DNA of 64,000 nucleotides, from assembly GCA_965200025.1 (NCBI GenBank), contig OZ241325.1:1742000-1805999 (forward strand), in the 5' to 3' direction. The notes beneath the pieces were generated by a model. It saw only the letters and a list, made by a program, of their open reading frames with translations. It was not told where the DNA came from and did no database searches. Position 1 is the first letter of the stretch. Every line of letters starts with the position of its first letter. Shown here piece by piece: positions 54,701 through 62,793 of this stretch. The DNA is from Bdellovibrionales bacterium. Lineage in GTDB: Bacteria > Bdellovibrionota > Bdellovibrionia > Bdellovibrionales > UBA1609. The position numbers and the translations under genes were made by a program.

Positions 54701-56819
54701 GGATGTGTTGTTTTGCTTTTTTTATCTCCCCTTTTCTAAACCAGGCTGAGGCACAGTTGATAAGGGCATCTTCATCTTCCTGGTTATACTGCAAAGCCTT
54801 AATCAAAAAATTATCCCCTTCAGGTATTTGATTCATCCGGATTTTCGCATACCCCATATTATGCAAAACCCGGTATTTGGTTTTGTCGTCCAATGTGTTC
54901 CATTGTTCTTTTTTAAAATCATTCAGTAAATCCAGAGCGGTTTTTGGTTTTTGGTTTTTTATAAGCTCTCTTATTCTGTTCAGCTCGCTGTTATGACTTT
55001 CGCTTTTAATCTCTTTAATAAGAGGAGGAGTGAGGTCATTTCTCTGTGATTGAGGTTCTGATACAGCATTTCCTTTATTATAGTATTTGTTATAAATTGG
55101 GATGTATTTATCAAATAAGAGTTTGATGTCATCCCAGCTGGCGATTTCCACAAAAAAAAGATTATCTTTTTTATGTTTCTCAGAAATAAGCCTGGCCTCT
55201 TTTTGTATTTTAGCGTCCCTTTTACAGGTGGTGGCTAAAATAAATCGTTTAAGTGGTGGCTGAAAGCCTTTGGCTTTTTTTACCTCTTCTTCCAGTTCCT
55301 TCTTTGTTATTTGTCCATTTATGTCCCGTTTTTTACACTGTATGCCTATGTGTTTGTCTGGCACAAAAATATCCACTCCCCACTGGCTTTGGCCTTTTCT
55401 GCCGTGGATCTGAGTTTGATTTCCAAACTCAGCCTTGTATAAATCCAGACACATGTTTTCAAAATCCTCTCCACTTTCCGGGGGTGGGATCTGCAATCTG
55501 GAAGGAGAAAGAGGGTGGCTACCTATATCTTCATTACTTACATCAAACACAGGTGGTTGATTTGTGTTTTGTTTTCTCATTTGTGACGAGGGTACATATA
55601 ATCCAGAAGAATCCTCAAAAATATCCCCCCCTTTTAAAACTTTGCAAAAAAAATCAAAGGGCCATATTTCTATCCCCTCTTCTGTTTTTCCTAATGTTTC
55701 CCCCGTATAAATCACAATGCGTTTTTTAACTTCCGGGAGCTTGTCTATGGCCACAAGACCCTTATAGTCTTTGGTTGATGATATATGACTTTTGGACTTG
55801 ACCTCCATAGCCACCAAACCTTTATTTGTTTTTAAAATAAAATCCACTTCTGTTTTTTTGGCATCCGATGGTGACCAGTAAGATATGGACTCACACAACG
55901 GATTACCACTGTGTTCTGTATAATCCTTGTAAGCTCTCAAAATTTGAGCCACCAAACCCTCAAACAAAAAGCCTTTTTCCTCCTGGGTTACAGGGCCAAA
56001 ATTGTTTTTTAAAGCCCGGGCAAGCCCCGGGTCTGTCAGGTAAAACTTGCTGTGTTTTTGTTCTTTCAGCTTAAGCCGGGGGACATAAGCTGGCAGAAAA
56101 AAACCCAACATGGTATCTTCCAAAACAGAAAAAAAACTCTGTACAGCCTGTCTTGAAATGCCACACTCTCTGGCAATGGCATTCATATTCACCACCTGTC
56201 CATGGTAAAGCCCTGCCACTTCCAAAAACCGGGCAAAAGGAGCAAGGTTTCTTACAAAAGCTTCCGCTTCAATCTCCTCTTTCAAGTACATCTGAACATA
56301 ACTTTTTAAAGCATCCCCCCTGTCAGCAGAAGCCCACACCACAGGAAGCAGGCCATACCTTAAGGCAGTATTGAGGTTATTGAGGTTAAAATCTTTGGTC
56401 AGCTCTTCAGGCACAAAGGGGTGAAGGATCCTTTTAAAAGCCCGCCCCGCCAGTAAATTCTCGCCAGCTTTGTTGAGTTTTCTTGTGCTGGAACCTGTTA
56501 AAACAAACTGTCGTTTTGAAGATTCAATCATTGAGGATTCTTCAATCAGGCGGTGTACTTCATTTAAGAGATCTGGTATTTTTTGAATCTCATCCACAAT
56601 CACCATTCCGTCTTTTTTAAAGGCATTCACCTCACGATAAAACAAAGAGGGATTTGCCAGATGAGCCTGATAAACAGCCCTGTCCAAAAGATCGATATAC
56701 AAAGCATCAGGAAACCGCTGCTTTAAAAGCATGGTTTTACCACTGCCCCGCACACCAAACAAAAAGCTGCTTTGTTGTTTTTCAGGAAAAGCAATAACCC
56801 GCTTTTTATACGATTCCAT
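51729..56819 (-). CDS. 1696-aa multidomain protein: AAA+ ATPase/DUF4143 module, Mrr-like PD-(D/E)xK nuclease, TPR array, GreA/B-C-like domain, PIN-like domain (candidate conflict/defence protein)
   Basis: Single uninterrupted ORF. Walker A GVRGSGKT (aa 22-29) and Walker B VIVDEIQ (aa 73-79). DUF4143-type SRQAVQSFFSVLEDTML, KFYLTDPGL, EVDFIL..AMEVKSK. Second nuclease-like block WGVDIFVPDKHIGIQCKKRD (aa about 480-499). TPR-like helices at aa about 610-1200. YTPGHPLVKKLLGKNRGAIVSL..YQVVDI (aa about 1242-1273). SIVMDISSLLTL and VLLTEDGVW (aa about 1392-1529). Confidence 0.75.
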   Translation of the reverse strand: MESYKKRVIAFPEKQQSSFLFGVRGSGKTMLLKQRFPDALYIDLLDRAVYQAHLANPSLFYREVNAFKKDGMVIVDEIQKIPDLLNEVHRLIEESSMIESSKRQFVLTGSSTRKLNKAGENLLAGRAFKRILHPFVPEELTKDFNLNNLNTALRYGLLPVVWASADRGDALKSYVQMYLKEEIEAEAFVRNLAPFARFLEVAGLYHGQVVNMNAIARECGISRQAVQSFFSVLEDTMLGFFLPAYVPRLKLKEQKHSKFYLTDPGLARALKNNFGPVTQEEKGFLFEGLVAQILRAYKDYTEHSGNPLCESISYWSPSDAKKTEVDFILKTNKGLVAMEVKSKSHISSTKDYKGLVAIDKLPEVKKRIVIYTGETLGKTEEGIEIWPFDFFCKVLKGGDIFEDSSGLYVPSSQMRKQNTNQPPVFDVSNEDIGSHPLSPSRLQIPPPESGEDFENMCLDLYKAEFGNQTQIHGRKGQSQWGVDIFVPDKHIGIQCKKRDINGQITKKELEEEVKKAKGFQPPLKRFILATTCKRDAKIQKEARLISEKHKKDNLFFVEIASWDDIKLLFDKYIPIYNKYYNKGNAVSEPQSQRNDLTPPLIKEIKSESHNSELNRIRELIKNQKPKTALDLLNDFKKEQWNTLDDKTKYRVLHNMGYAKIRMNQIPEGDNFLIKALQYNQEDEDALINCASAWFRKGEIKKAKQHIHKAKTLNPQNEFVYILEIQILNYEGTPLTGIVRHIPDDLKNNPRLALVLCDISNQKGSNKEFLKWLNIFDKNRPQDDTESASDYAALALKNILKKESVLTASRVPGELKPKIEKIISIYKKLLKDRKNQEIISFRPRWYNNYALALFYNGQHTEAIKQLEEAVEKCPSDTYLEDLGRMYVKKGGGKKAVSVFEKLKNPPTDIKCTLLHLYFQTCGFEKACQFFNKTVEDKTISEKDRLEIKRAWVGVLLDHKEMERAEKELNTFFEQDRESVKTLIFKSHIEEHKEHFKEQKQYLRQAWDIYQNNKHTAHFMDKPLLANELHYAKMYDLCEALWEDIIGQNLHHPGIRYLLHTYFENGKNKKTIELAQKLCKSFPNESYPVETLFHTYNEMGDRKSAIKQYEDFVGRTGDIPVQVDLIHTYVLNNLWDKAKKLLSNTDYDIHQLSPDRINKLSISYMKTGMTEKSLKTQYQGIKLHPKDLSLKSLYANLMTLFQPQTKNHPLFQKKEVKLDTFVKIKETLSGDVIEIIIEEDADIYTPGHPLVKKLLGKNRGAIVSLNDKQYQVVDIQSKYVYKFQQIFKNVELEDPLQKELKQFSIPENPSKEDIEKIQKSMMPNALKQQENFDKALKYYTGGQVTIGFVSHVTGQHPVEIINTLIDSKEHKWLSSMTGSQSPTNNHPELKNTPSIVMDISSLLTLHWLKMETYLASSTFPLYVCQSTVDSLNQWILKMEPHLMLSTGFDNKGKLMRHFIPAEDIRQNTEFFNSIKDWCQKHCQMAVLPVDFEMSRKEKLRLSKLLGEEFLNSAFVLHQQKNKVLLTEDGVWAGFAAREFSTPGMRCWDLICYFEKEAVMEKKQSIKFKAELIKLNQTYISIDHQILMHLLKEAEYQVTDIRFQRGLFFLSSASSLTGAIGVSADFLRELYQELVVLPFHKREITKEVLNQLCRGRQESPQYIAQQLNHLVKIKTRLLPLLQADILKGIKEWWKWKVYE

Positions 56820-57130
56820 GCCAGGCTCCTAAAGTATTTTTACCAATTTTTGTATATCTAAAAATAAAATATACCGATTTTTTTACTTTGTAAAGTATAA
56901 AATTCGTTAAAAATTGAAGAATTTTTGAGTAAAAAACGGGTTTTTGGGCAGTTTTGATTATTTTAAAGCTCTTTGCGGGTACAAAAAACCACAAATACCT
57001 CTGAAAATCATTTTTTTTGGATTTTTTCTTTAAAATCCATACTTTTTTCCCTTTTTTCCAAAAAACGGATCGGATTTTGCATGGGGGAAAGGTAGAAACA
57101 AACCAACCCCCCATGCAGGAGGAAACCCCC

Positions 57131-58096
57131 ATGAAAAAAACACAACCCACAATAACCAAGCCCCATCAAAAGACAAACCAACAACCTTTCAGGCCCATAG
57201 ACCTCACCAAAGACATCACTTTTCAATACTTCTTTAAAAAACACCCCTCAAGCCTCATCTCCCTCCTGCAAACCTTCTTACCCCTCCCAAAGGGACAAAA
57301 AATCAAAAAAATACAAATCCTGGATCCCGGCCTCCTCCCCGAAAGAGAACACCACAAATACTCCTTCATGGACTTAAAACTCCTCCTCAACACCGGAGAA
57401 TCCGTAAATGTGGAAATGCAAAACTTCCCCGAACCCCACTTCTTAAAAAGAACCCTGTTCTATCTGTCACGTCTTTACTCAGAAGGGCTTAAAAAAGCAC
57501 AGGCTTATGAAAGCCTCCATACCGCCTATTCCCTGATTTTCACGAAGTTTGATCTGTTTAAGGAGAGTGAGGAGTATTATTCTTCGTTTTCCATGAGGAG
57601 GGACAAAAAGCCCCATTTTCCTTTTGATAAGTCTTTAAGGATAGTGACAGTGGAGTTAAGTAAGTTCAGAAAGGACAGGCAGAGTGATTTGCTTGACTTA
57701 ATGGAGAGGTGGTGTTATGTGTTAAAGAGGTCTGGGGTGATGAGTGAGGGGGAAGTGCGTGCTTTAGGAGAAGGAGGGGGAAAAGATATGAAAGAGGCTA
57801 TGGGACATTTTATGAAGCTTACACAATCGGAGAGGGAGAGGTTGTGGGAGGAGCAAAGACAGAAGTCGGAATGGATATGGCAGGGTCGCCTGGAGCATGC
57901 CCGCAGTCAGGGCCTTAAGCAGGGCCTTACAGAGGGAGTGCATAAAGGTCGTAAAGAGGGCCTTACAGAAGGAGTACACAAAGGCCAGTTAAAAGTGGCT
58001 TTACAAATGCTTAAGGAAAAAGCAGATATTGATTTTATTGTCAGAGTGACAGGAATCACAAAAAAGAAAGTGTTAAAACTCAAAAGCAGCAGCTGA
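57131..58096 (+). CDS. Rpn/PDDEXK_2-family putative transposase-nuclease, full length
   Basis: ATG 57131 is preceded by GGAGGA; the ORF is open from 57017. FMDLKLLLNTGESVNVEMQNFPEPHFLKRTLFYLSRLY. The C-terminus ALQMLKEKADIDFIVRVTGITKKKVL is nearly identical to the truncated copy at 32373-33101. Confidence 0.8.
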   Translation: MKKTQPTITKPHQKTNQQPFRPIDLTKDITFQYFFKKHPSSLISLLQTFLPLPKGQKIKKIQILDPGLLPEREHHKYSFMDLKLLLNTGESVNVEMQNFPEPHFLKRTLFYLSRLYSEGLKKAQAYESLHTAYSLIFTKFDLFKESEEYYSSFSMRRDKKPHFPFDKSLRIVTVELSKFRKDRQSDLLDLMERWCYVLKRSGVMSEGEVRALGEGGGKDMKEAMGHFMKLTQSERERLWEEQRQKSEWIWQGRLEHARSQGLKQGLTEGVHKGRKEGLTEGVHKGQLKVALQMLKEKADIDFIVRVTGITKKKVLKLKSSS

Positions 58097-58148
58097 TTAA
58101 AAAGTGAATGTATTTTGAAAGATTTGCACTTTGACTTTACGGTAAATT

Positions 58149-59111
58149 ATGAGAAAAAAATTAAACAGGCTTGGTGATTTAAGCTCATCTGAGCAGCTTA
58201 TTCGTGATTTATATGTCGATCTTAGAAAAAAAGTCAATTATTGGGCCAGCCAAACCAAACAAACAGCACAAGCCCGTATGGGTTATATAGGGCAGCATTT
58301 GGTAAGTGTTGTCACTGGGTACTGTGGCGGAAAATCCGGAGCCAGAGGTAAAGATTTAATTTTAGATAAAAACAATTATGCTGAAATTAAAACCTGTTAC
58401 AGAGTGGATCAATTAGGTAAATGCTTGGATTGTCAATCAGTTGTGGCAAGTATTGAACTAAAATGCACATATTGTAACTCTGCAAATATAAAAAGAAAAC
58501 AAGATTCAAAATGGTTGTTTTCTATAAGAAATGAAGAGGAGTTTGCAAAGATATTGGAACCAAAATTTTATTATCTGGTATTATTTGATTTCCCGAGTAT
58601 TCAAAATCCCAATAAAATCAGAGCATCTGTTTGGAGAGTGACTTCACGTACTGTTGGATTTTCCTATTGCCTGATGGATTATTATTTAAACATTCGTTCA
58701 AAATCCAGGTCAAAAGCCCCTCTTAATCTGTGGCCTTTTCAATTAAAATTTTATTTAATGTTACCAACCTTGATATATCGTTCTTATATATTGAATAACA
58801 GTATAAAAACAGAAATTTTTTATAAAAAAAATCATGTTTTGGATTTGCCAAAATCATTTCGTAATTATTATTCTGCAAATAATTTAACGAAGGAAAAAGT
58901 GATTGAGTTCGCAGAAAGTATTAATTTTAAAAATAAAAAATTATTGATTAAATTAAATAAAAAGGATCTTATGCTTCAAATCGATAATTTTATAGAAAAC
59001 AATGGTGGATTTAACAGGCAAAAAATTATCAAATTGGCAAAGAGCTTGTATTATAAAGATATAAAAAAACATATTACAAAAGTTCCCGGGAAATTAAGAT
59101 TTTGTCTATAG
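58149..59111 (+). CDS. Candidate type II restriction endonuclease (PD-(D/E)xK-like core with an inserted Cys4 ribbon)
   Basis: GARGKDLILDKNNYAEIKTCY fits a D..(E)xK core. CLDCQ...CTYCNS forms a Cys4 cluster. It is convergent with, and overlaps by 6 nt, an N6-methyltransferase gene. Very A+T-rich by eye. Confidence 0.45.
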   Translation: MRKKLNRLGDLSSSEQLIRDLYVDLRKKVNYWASQTKQTAQARMGYIGQHLVSVVTGYCGGKSGARGKDLILDKNNYAEIKTCYRVDQLGKCLDCQSVVASIELKCTYCNSANIKRKQDSKWLFSIRNEEEFAKILEPKFYYLVLFDFPSIQNPNKIRASVWRVTSRTVGFSYCLMDYYLNIRSKSRSKAPLNLWPFQLKFYLMLPTLIYRSYILNNSIKTEIFYKKNHVLDLPKSFRNYYSANNLTKEKVIEFAESINFKNKKLLIKLNKKDLMLQIDNFIENNGGFNRQKIIKLAKSLYYKDIKKHITKVPGKLRFCL

Positions 59112-60962
59112 AGGTAAGTTATTTAATAATTGACTTCTTTTAAACGAAACCACATTAAGTGTACCACTTATATTTAAAGCTTCTTCGGTTAAGTCGATAA
59201 TCTCCTGATATATATGTTTATTTTTTATAATTTTATCTGGAATCATCAGTTTTCCCAAATCATGGGGGTAAAGATGTGCCGTTTGTCCACGAACCATTGC
59301 CTGTATCCTTTTTATGGTTTCTGGATGTTTTAAATAAGCCAATAACAAAAAGGGGTTAATTTTTTCTATATTGGGTCTTAATAAAATGATTTCTCCAACA
59401 AAAGTAACAGGGTTGTTTATAAAAACAGGGGCTGCTAAAAACATGTCACTTTTTTTTGCAATGTATGAGATGTTATGAGCAGAGGCTGTTAAAAGAATGT
59501 CGTACCTCTTTAGTAACAGGGTTCTGTTGGAGTTTTTTCTTTTTTTTATTTCTAATTGTGAAACATGGTTTCTGTCTCTGGCCTCCCAATTAATGCCGGA
59601 ACCTGTTAGGTTTCCAACCTTAAGTATAAAAGCCCCTGAATCAGAATAAGTGTCTCTGGGGGGTGTTTTTCCAATACAGATATTATGGCATAAAGATGTT
59701 AATGGCAACCCTTTGGGTTTAAAACCACTATTATATATGGTGCAGAAATTTGAAACTTCTTTAAAAGTTTCGTTTTTTCTGATGTTTTTTTTTAAATAAA
59801 TATTTCTTTTTGATTCTTTGCTCTTCAGACACTCTTTCATGAGTGCAGGTAAAAGGGACAGTTGTTCACCGGTTTTTTTTCTGCCAGTGGAATCGTATCC
59901 GGTATTAAAAATATTTCCTATAACAATATTCAGATACTCCAAAGGTTCTTTTTCATTCTTATATTTTTTTATAAATAAAATGGAAGTCGCTGTTTGTGTT
60001 CCTGATAATATAAATGTCTCTGGTGGAAGATTTATAATTGCTTCAATATAACCGTAGGTTGATAAAACAGATCTCGCTTTTTGTAAATTATTGTTTGTTA
60101 CAATACTTCTGGGAACCACTACTGCCAACCTTCCATTTGGTTTTAAAAGCTTTAAGCATTTTTCCATAAAAACAATTTCACTGGTTTGGGTTTTTAAATT
60201 ATAACCATATTCATCCTGACAGGTTTTGTAAGAGTTAAAATTGTAGTTTCTGGAATCCACACTTACACCAAAGGGTGGATTGGTAACTATCAAATTATAA
60301 GATTCTTCTTGTGGAGATTTTATTGTGTCTATAAGGTTATCTTCAAATACTGTATTTTTTATATGAGAGAGATTTAATTTTGCAAGTAAAAGCATTTTGG
60401 GGTTTTTATCAAATCCAAAAATATGAAGAGGTTTATTGGATTTTTTGTTCTTTGTTTTAAAGAATTTTAAAACCTCTATTAAAAAAGTGCCTGATCCACA
60501 GGCAGGATCCAGAATTTTGGACTTCATATCCGGGTTAATATAATTGATTATCATTTGCACAACAGGGCTGGGCGTTAAAAATATTCCCAACCCCTTTCGT
60601 ATATCTGGAGTAATAAATTCTGCCAGAGTACTGCTTCTTATATCAAAATCAATTTGATTGAATTTAACATTACAAAATAATTTATGTATTTGTTCCAAAC
60701 AAATATCACTTAAATGAATTTTATAGTCTCTCCATAAAACTCCTGAAAAAACTTTTGAATTTTTTAAGAATTTTTTAAAATAAGGTTTTATTTTTTGAGG
60801 AAGTAATTGTTTTCTGTATCCATGTTGTTCTTCATATAATTGTTTGACAAATAAATACTTCATTAACTCATCAAGAGCTTCCTGAGGTTGCAGTCCATCT
60901 GTACTCCTCATGGAGTTGTGTGCACTTCTATACAACCTTACCAGGTCTCTTTCCACTTGCAT
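59106..60962 (-). CDS. Gamma-class N6-adenine DNA methyltransferase fused to a single HsdS-like target-recognition domain
   Basis: Motif I LDPACGSGTFL, motif IV TNPPFG. The C-terminal roughly 200 aa look TRD-like (LPLTSLCHNICIGKTPPRDTYSDSGAFILKVGNL). Confidence 0.8.
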   Translation of the reverse strand: MQVERDLVRLYRSAHNSMRSTDGLQPQEALDELMKYLFVKQLYEEQHGYRKQLLPQKIKPYFKKFLKNSKVFSGVLWRDYKIHLSDICLEQIHKLFCNVKFNQIDFDIRSSTLAEFITPDIRKGLGIFLTPSPVVQMIINYINPDMKSKILDPACGSGTFLIEVLKFFKTKNKKSNKPLHIFGFDKNPKMLLLAKLNLSHIKNTVFEDNLIDTIKSPQEESYNLIVTNPPFGVSVDSRNYNFNSYKTCQDEYGYNLKTQTSEIVFMEKCLKLLKPNGRLAVVVPRSIVTNNNLQKARSVLSTYGYIEAIINLPPETFILSGTQTATSILFIKKYKNEKEPLEYLNIVIGNIFNTGYDSTGRKKTGEQLSLLPALMKECLKSKESKRNIYLKKNIRKNETFKEVSNFCTIYNSGFKPKGLPLTSLCHNICIGKTPPRDTYSDSGAFILKVGNLTGSGINWEARDRNHVSQLEIKKRKNSNRTLLLKRYDILLTASAHNISYIAKKSDMFLAAPVFINNPVTFVGEIILLRPNIEKINPFLLLAYLKHPETIKRIQAMVRGQTAHLYPHDLGKLMIPDKIIKNKHIYQEIIDLTEEALNISGTLNVVSFKRSQLLNNLPL

Positions 60963-60996
60963 AAATTTTATCCTCCGGGATGGGTTTTAAGAATGG

Positions 60997-61032
60997 GGAA
61001 TAAATTCTTTTGTCGTCAAGGAATAAATTCTT
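60997..61032. promoter_or_regulatory. Two direct copies of GGAATAAATTCTT upstream of the methyltransferase gene (candidate operator)
   Basis: Copies at 60997-61009 and 61020-61032, with starts 23 nt apart. Each contains the GAAT-AA-ATTC dyad. They lie 35-70 nt upstream of the minus-strand start at 60962. Confidence 0.3.
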
Positions 61033-61191
61033 ATTTTTATGCATGGTATTAAATTAAAGACTGTGTGGGAGGAGTGGTTTTTGCTGCTATGGGTCAAAAA
61101 CAGGCAGAGGCTTTTGCATTAAGACAAAAGTCTTAAAAGTTTTTTTTATGTGTCCTGCTTTTGCTTTTCGGTTCATAATGTTTAAACAAAA

Positions 61192-62571
61192 GTGCTTTTT
61201 ATCAGGCTGCTTGTCTTAAGGGAGTGTGTGAAGTTGTTTTCTTTAAAGGTTTATGTGCTGTGTTTGTCTCTTGCTGTGAGCCTGTTGGTGACAGGCTTTC
61301 TTTCCTGCAGTGGCCCGGGGGTGGGGGTTTATCAGCCACAAGGTGGCCTTTCCAGCAGAGCTTCCCGTTCGGGCAGCAGTGACACAGAGGATGAGGGCGA
61401 GGAGAGTGTGGCGGAGTGTGACACCAACACCTGTGAGGACACCTGCCGGGAAATTTACGAGGAAAGCTGGAGCAAGTGCAACGATGAAAACGAAGACACT
61501 GTGGCGAGCCTTCAGTGGGTGTTTAACCGGCTCAACAGTGCGGGCTTAAGCAAAAGAGAGCTTGAAAAAATCTCTGATGATGACGACGCTTTGGACGACT
61601 TTAAAAGCTACCTGGAGATTGGAATCGATGGCTGGCTGAATGAGATAGAAGCAACAAGTGGTAGCTATAGTATGGAAGATGCCACAGCGGCCATAGAATG
61701 GTTAATTGAAAACGAAAATGTGAGTGAAGTTTTAAACACCCTGGATGAGGGGGATCAAATTCTTAAGGCTTTGGTGAATAAAGCTATCGAAGATGGGGGT
61801 TGCCCGGCAGATAAGGTTTGTTTATACAGGAATGATGAGAGGTTTTATCCTGGGGTTGCTTCAGATCTTTCGAATAGAAGAGCCAGTTTTTTCTTAAGTA
61901 TTACAGGAAATAATACAAACCCCAACCGGGGGGCTATTGAAGGACATATCACAATTAAATCTAAAGACAGCGATAGTTTTTATATTTACTACTATGGGGA
62001 AGCAGTAGTTGATGGGTGTACTATTGGATCCTGGTGTAAAAGTCCCACTGTTACAGATGTTTGTACTTCTTCAAGTGATACTTGTGGTCCGCAAACCACT
62101 GACAGTTGTACCACCACACCTTCTTCTTGTCCAGTCACCATCGCTACTCGTGATGGGAATAATGGTAAGCTTTTTGAAATTGATTTTGACAGTGCTGAAG
62201 ACAGCAAACTTTACCGGCATTTGTCTGCGGTTTGGGCTTACCCTGACAAGGATATTTTTACCGCAGCAGCAGATGAAGACAACCCCCCTCTTTTTGATTT
62301 GGCTTTTTCCCTTCTGGACGACATTTGCGAAAACCTGGACAAGGGTGGTACAGAGGAGACAACCGCCTGTCGCAAATCCCTGATGTGTATTTTGGCCATG
62401 CATGATCAACACACAAAAAGCAGTGATGCAGTTTTGGACAAAAACGATGGAAAATCCAACATCGAAGACTGGGACGGCTGGGAGATGATCAGTGATTTGG
62501 ATTTGGAAAACAAACTGGGCGATGATTTTGATGAATGCACCAAAGAGGCCTTTGACGAAGACAATCTTTAA
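61192..62571 (+). CDS. Cys-rich, highly acidic secreted lipoprotein (hypothetical)
   Basis: Lipobox GFLSCSG. N-terminal ECDTNTCEDTCREIYEESWSKC. Later a Cys/Thr/Ser-rich block (CKSPTVTDVCTSSSDTCGPQTTDSCTTTPSSCP). Asp/Glu-rich throughout. Confidence 0.5.
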   Translation: MLFIRLLVLRECVKLFSLKVYVLCLSLAVSLLVTGFLSCSGPGVGVYQPQGGLSSRASRSGSSDTEDEGEESVAECDTNTCEDTCREIYEESWSKCNDENEDTVASLQWVFNRLNSAGLSKRELEKISDDDDALDDFKSYLEIGIDGWLNEIEATSGSYSMEDATAAIEWLIENENVSEVLNTLDEGDQILKALVNKAIEDGGCPADKVCLYRNDERFYPGVASDLSNRRASFFLSITGNNTNPNRGAIEGHITIKSKDSDSFYIYYYGEAVVDGCTIGSWCKSPTVTDVCTSSSDTCGPQTTDSCTTTPSSCPVTIATRDGNNGKLFEIDFDSAEDSKLYRHLSAVWAYPDKDIFTAAADEDNPPLFDLAFSLLDDICENLDKGGTEETTACRKSLMCILAMHDQHTKSSDAVLDKNDGKSNIEDWDGWEMISDLDLENKLGDDFDECTKEAFDEDNL

Positions 62572-62654
62572 GCCTCTTCACCCTCCCCCCTTCTGCTTTC
62601 TTAACTGAAGCCCTGTCATACCCCCCGCTTGAGGCGGAAATCCAGTGAAACACA

Positions 62655-62702
62655 AGTGATTTACTTGACTTAAGAGCGAAGTGGTGTTATGTCCTTAAAG
62701 GA
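62655..62702 (+). repeat. About 48-nt relic of an Rpn/PDDEXK_2-family gene
   Basis: agtgatttacttgacttaagagcgaagtggtgttatgtccttaaagg matches 57683-57730 (agtgatttgcttgacttaatggagaggtggtgttatgtgttaaagagg) and the equivalent part of the copy at 32373-33101. Confidence 0.6.
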
Positions 62703-62793
62703 AGGTTTAACTTGGGAATAGGGGTAAGCTTGTCTCTCAAAAAGAAGAGACTGAAAAATAACTCTCTTTTAAATAGAGTAAGGAGGAAGTAAA

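Noticed and set aside
57017-57130. N-terminal extension of the Rpn-family ORF (MDFFFKIHTFFPFFQ...).
   Set aside because: It is translated from an A/T-rich promoter-like region. An ATG with a GGAGGA RBS occurs at 57131, and homology to paralogues starts after it.
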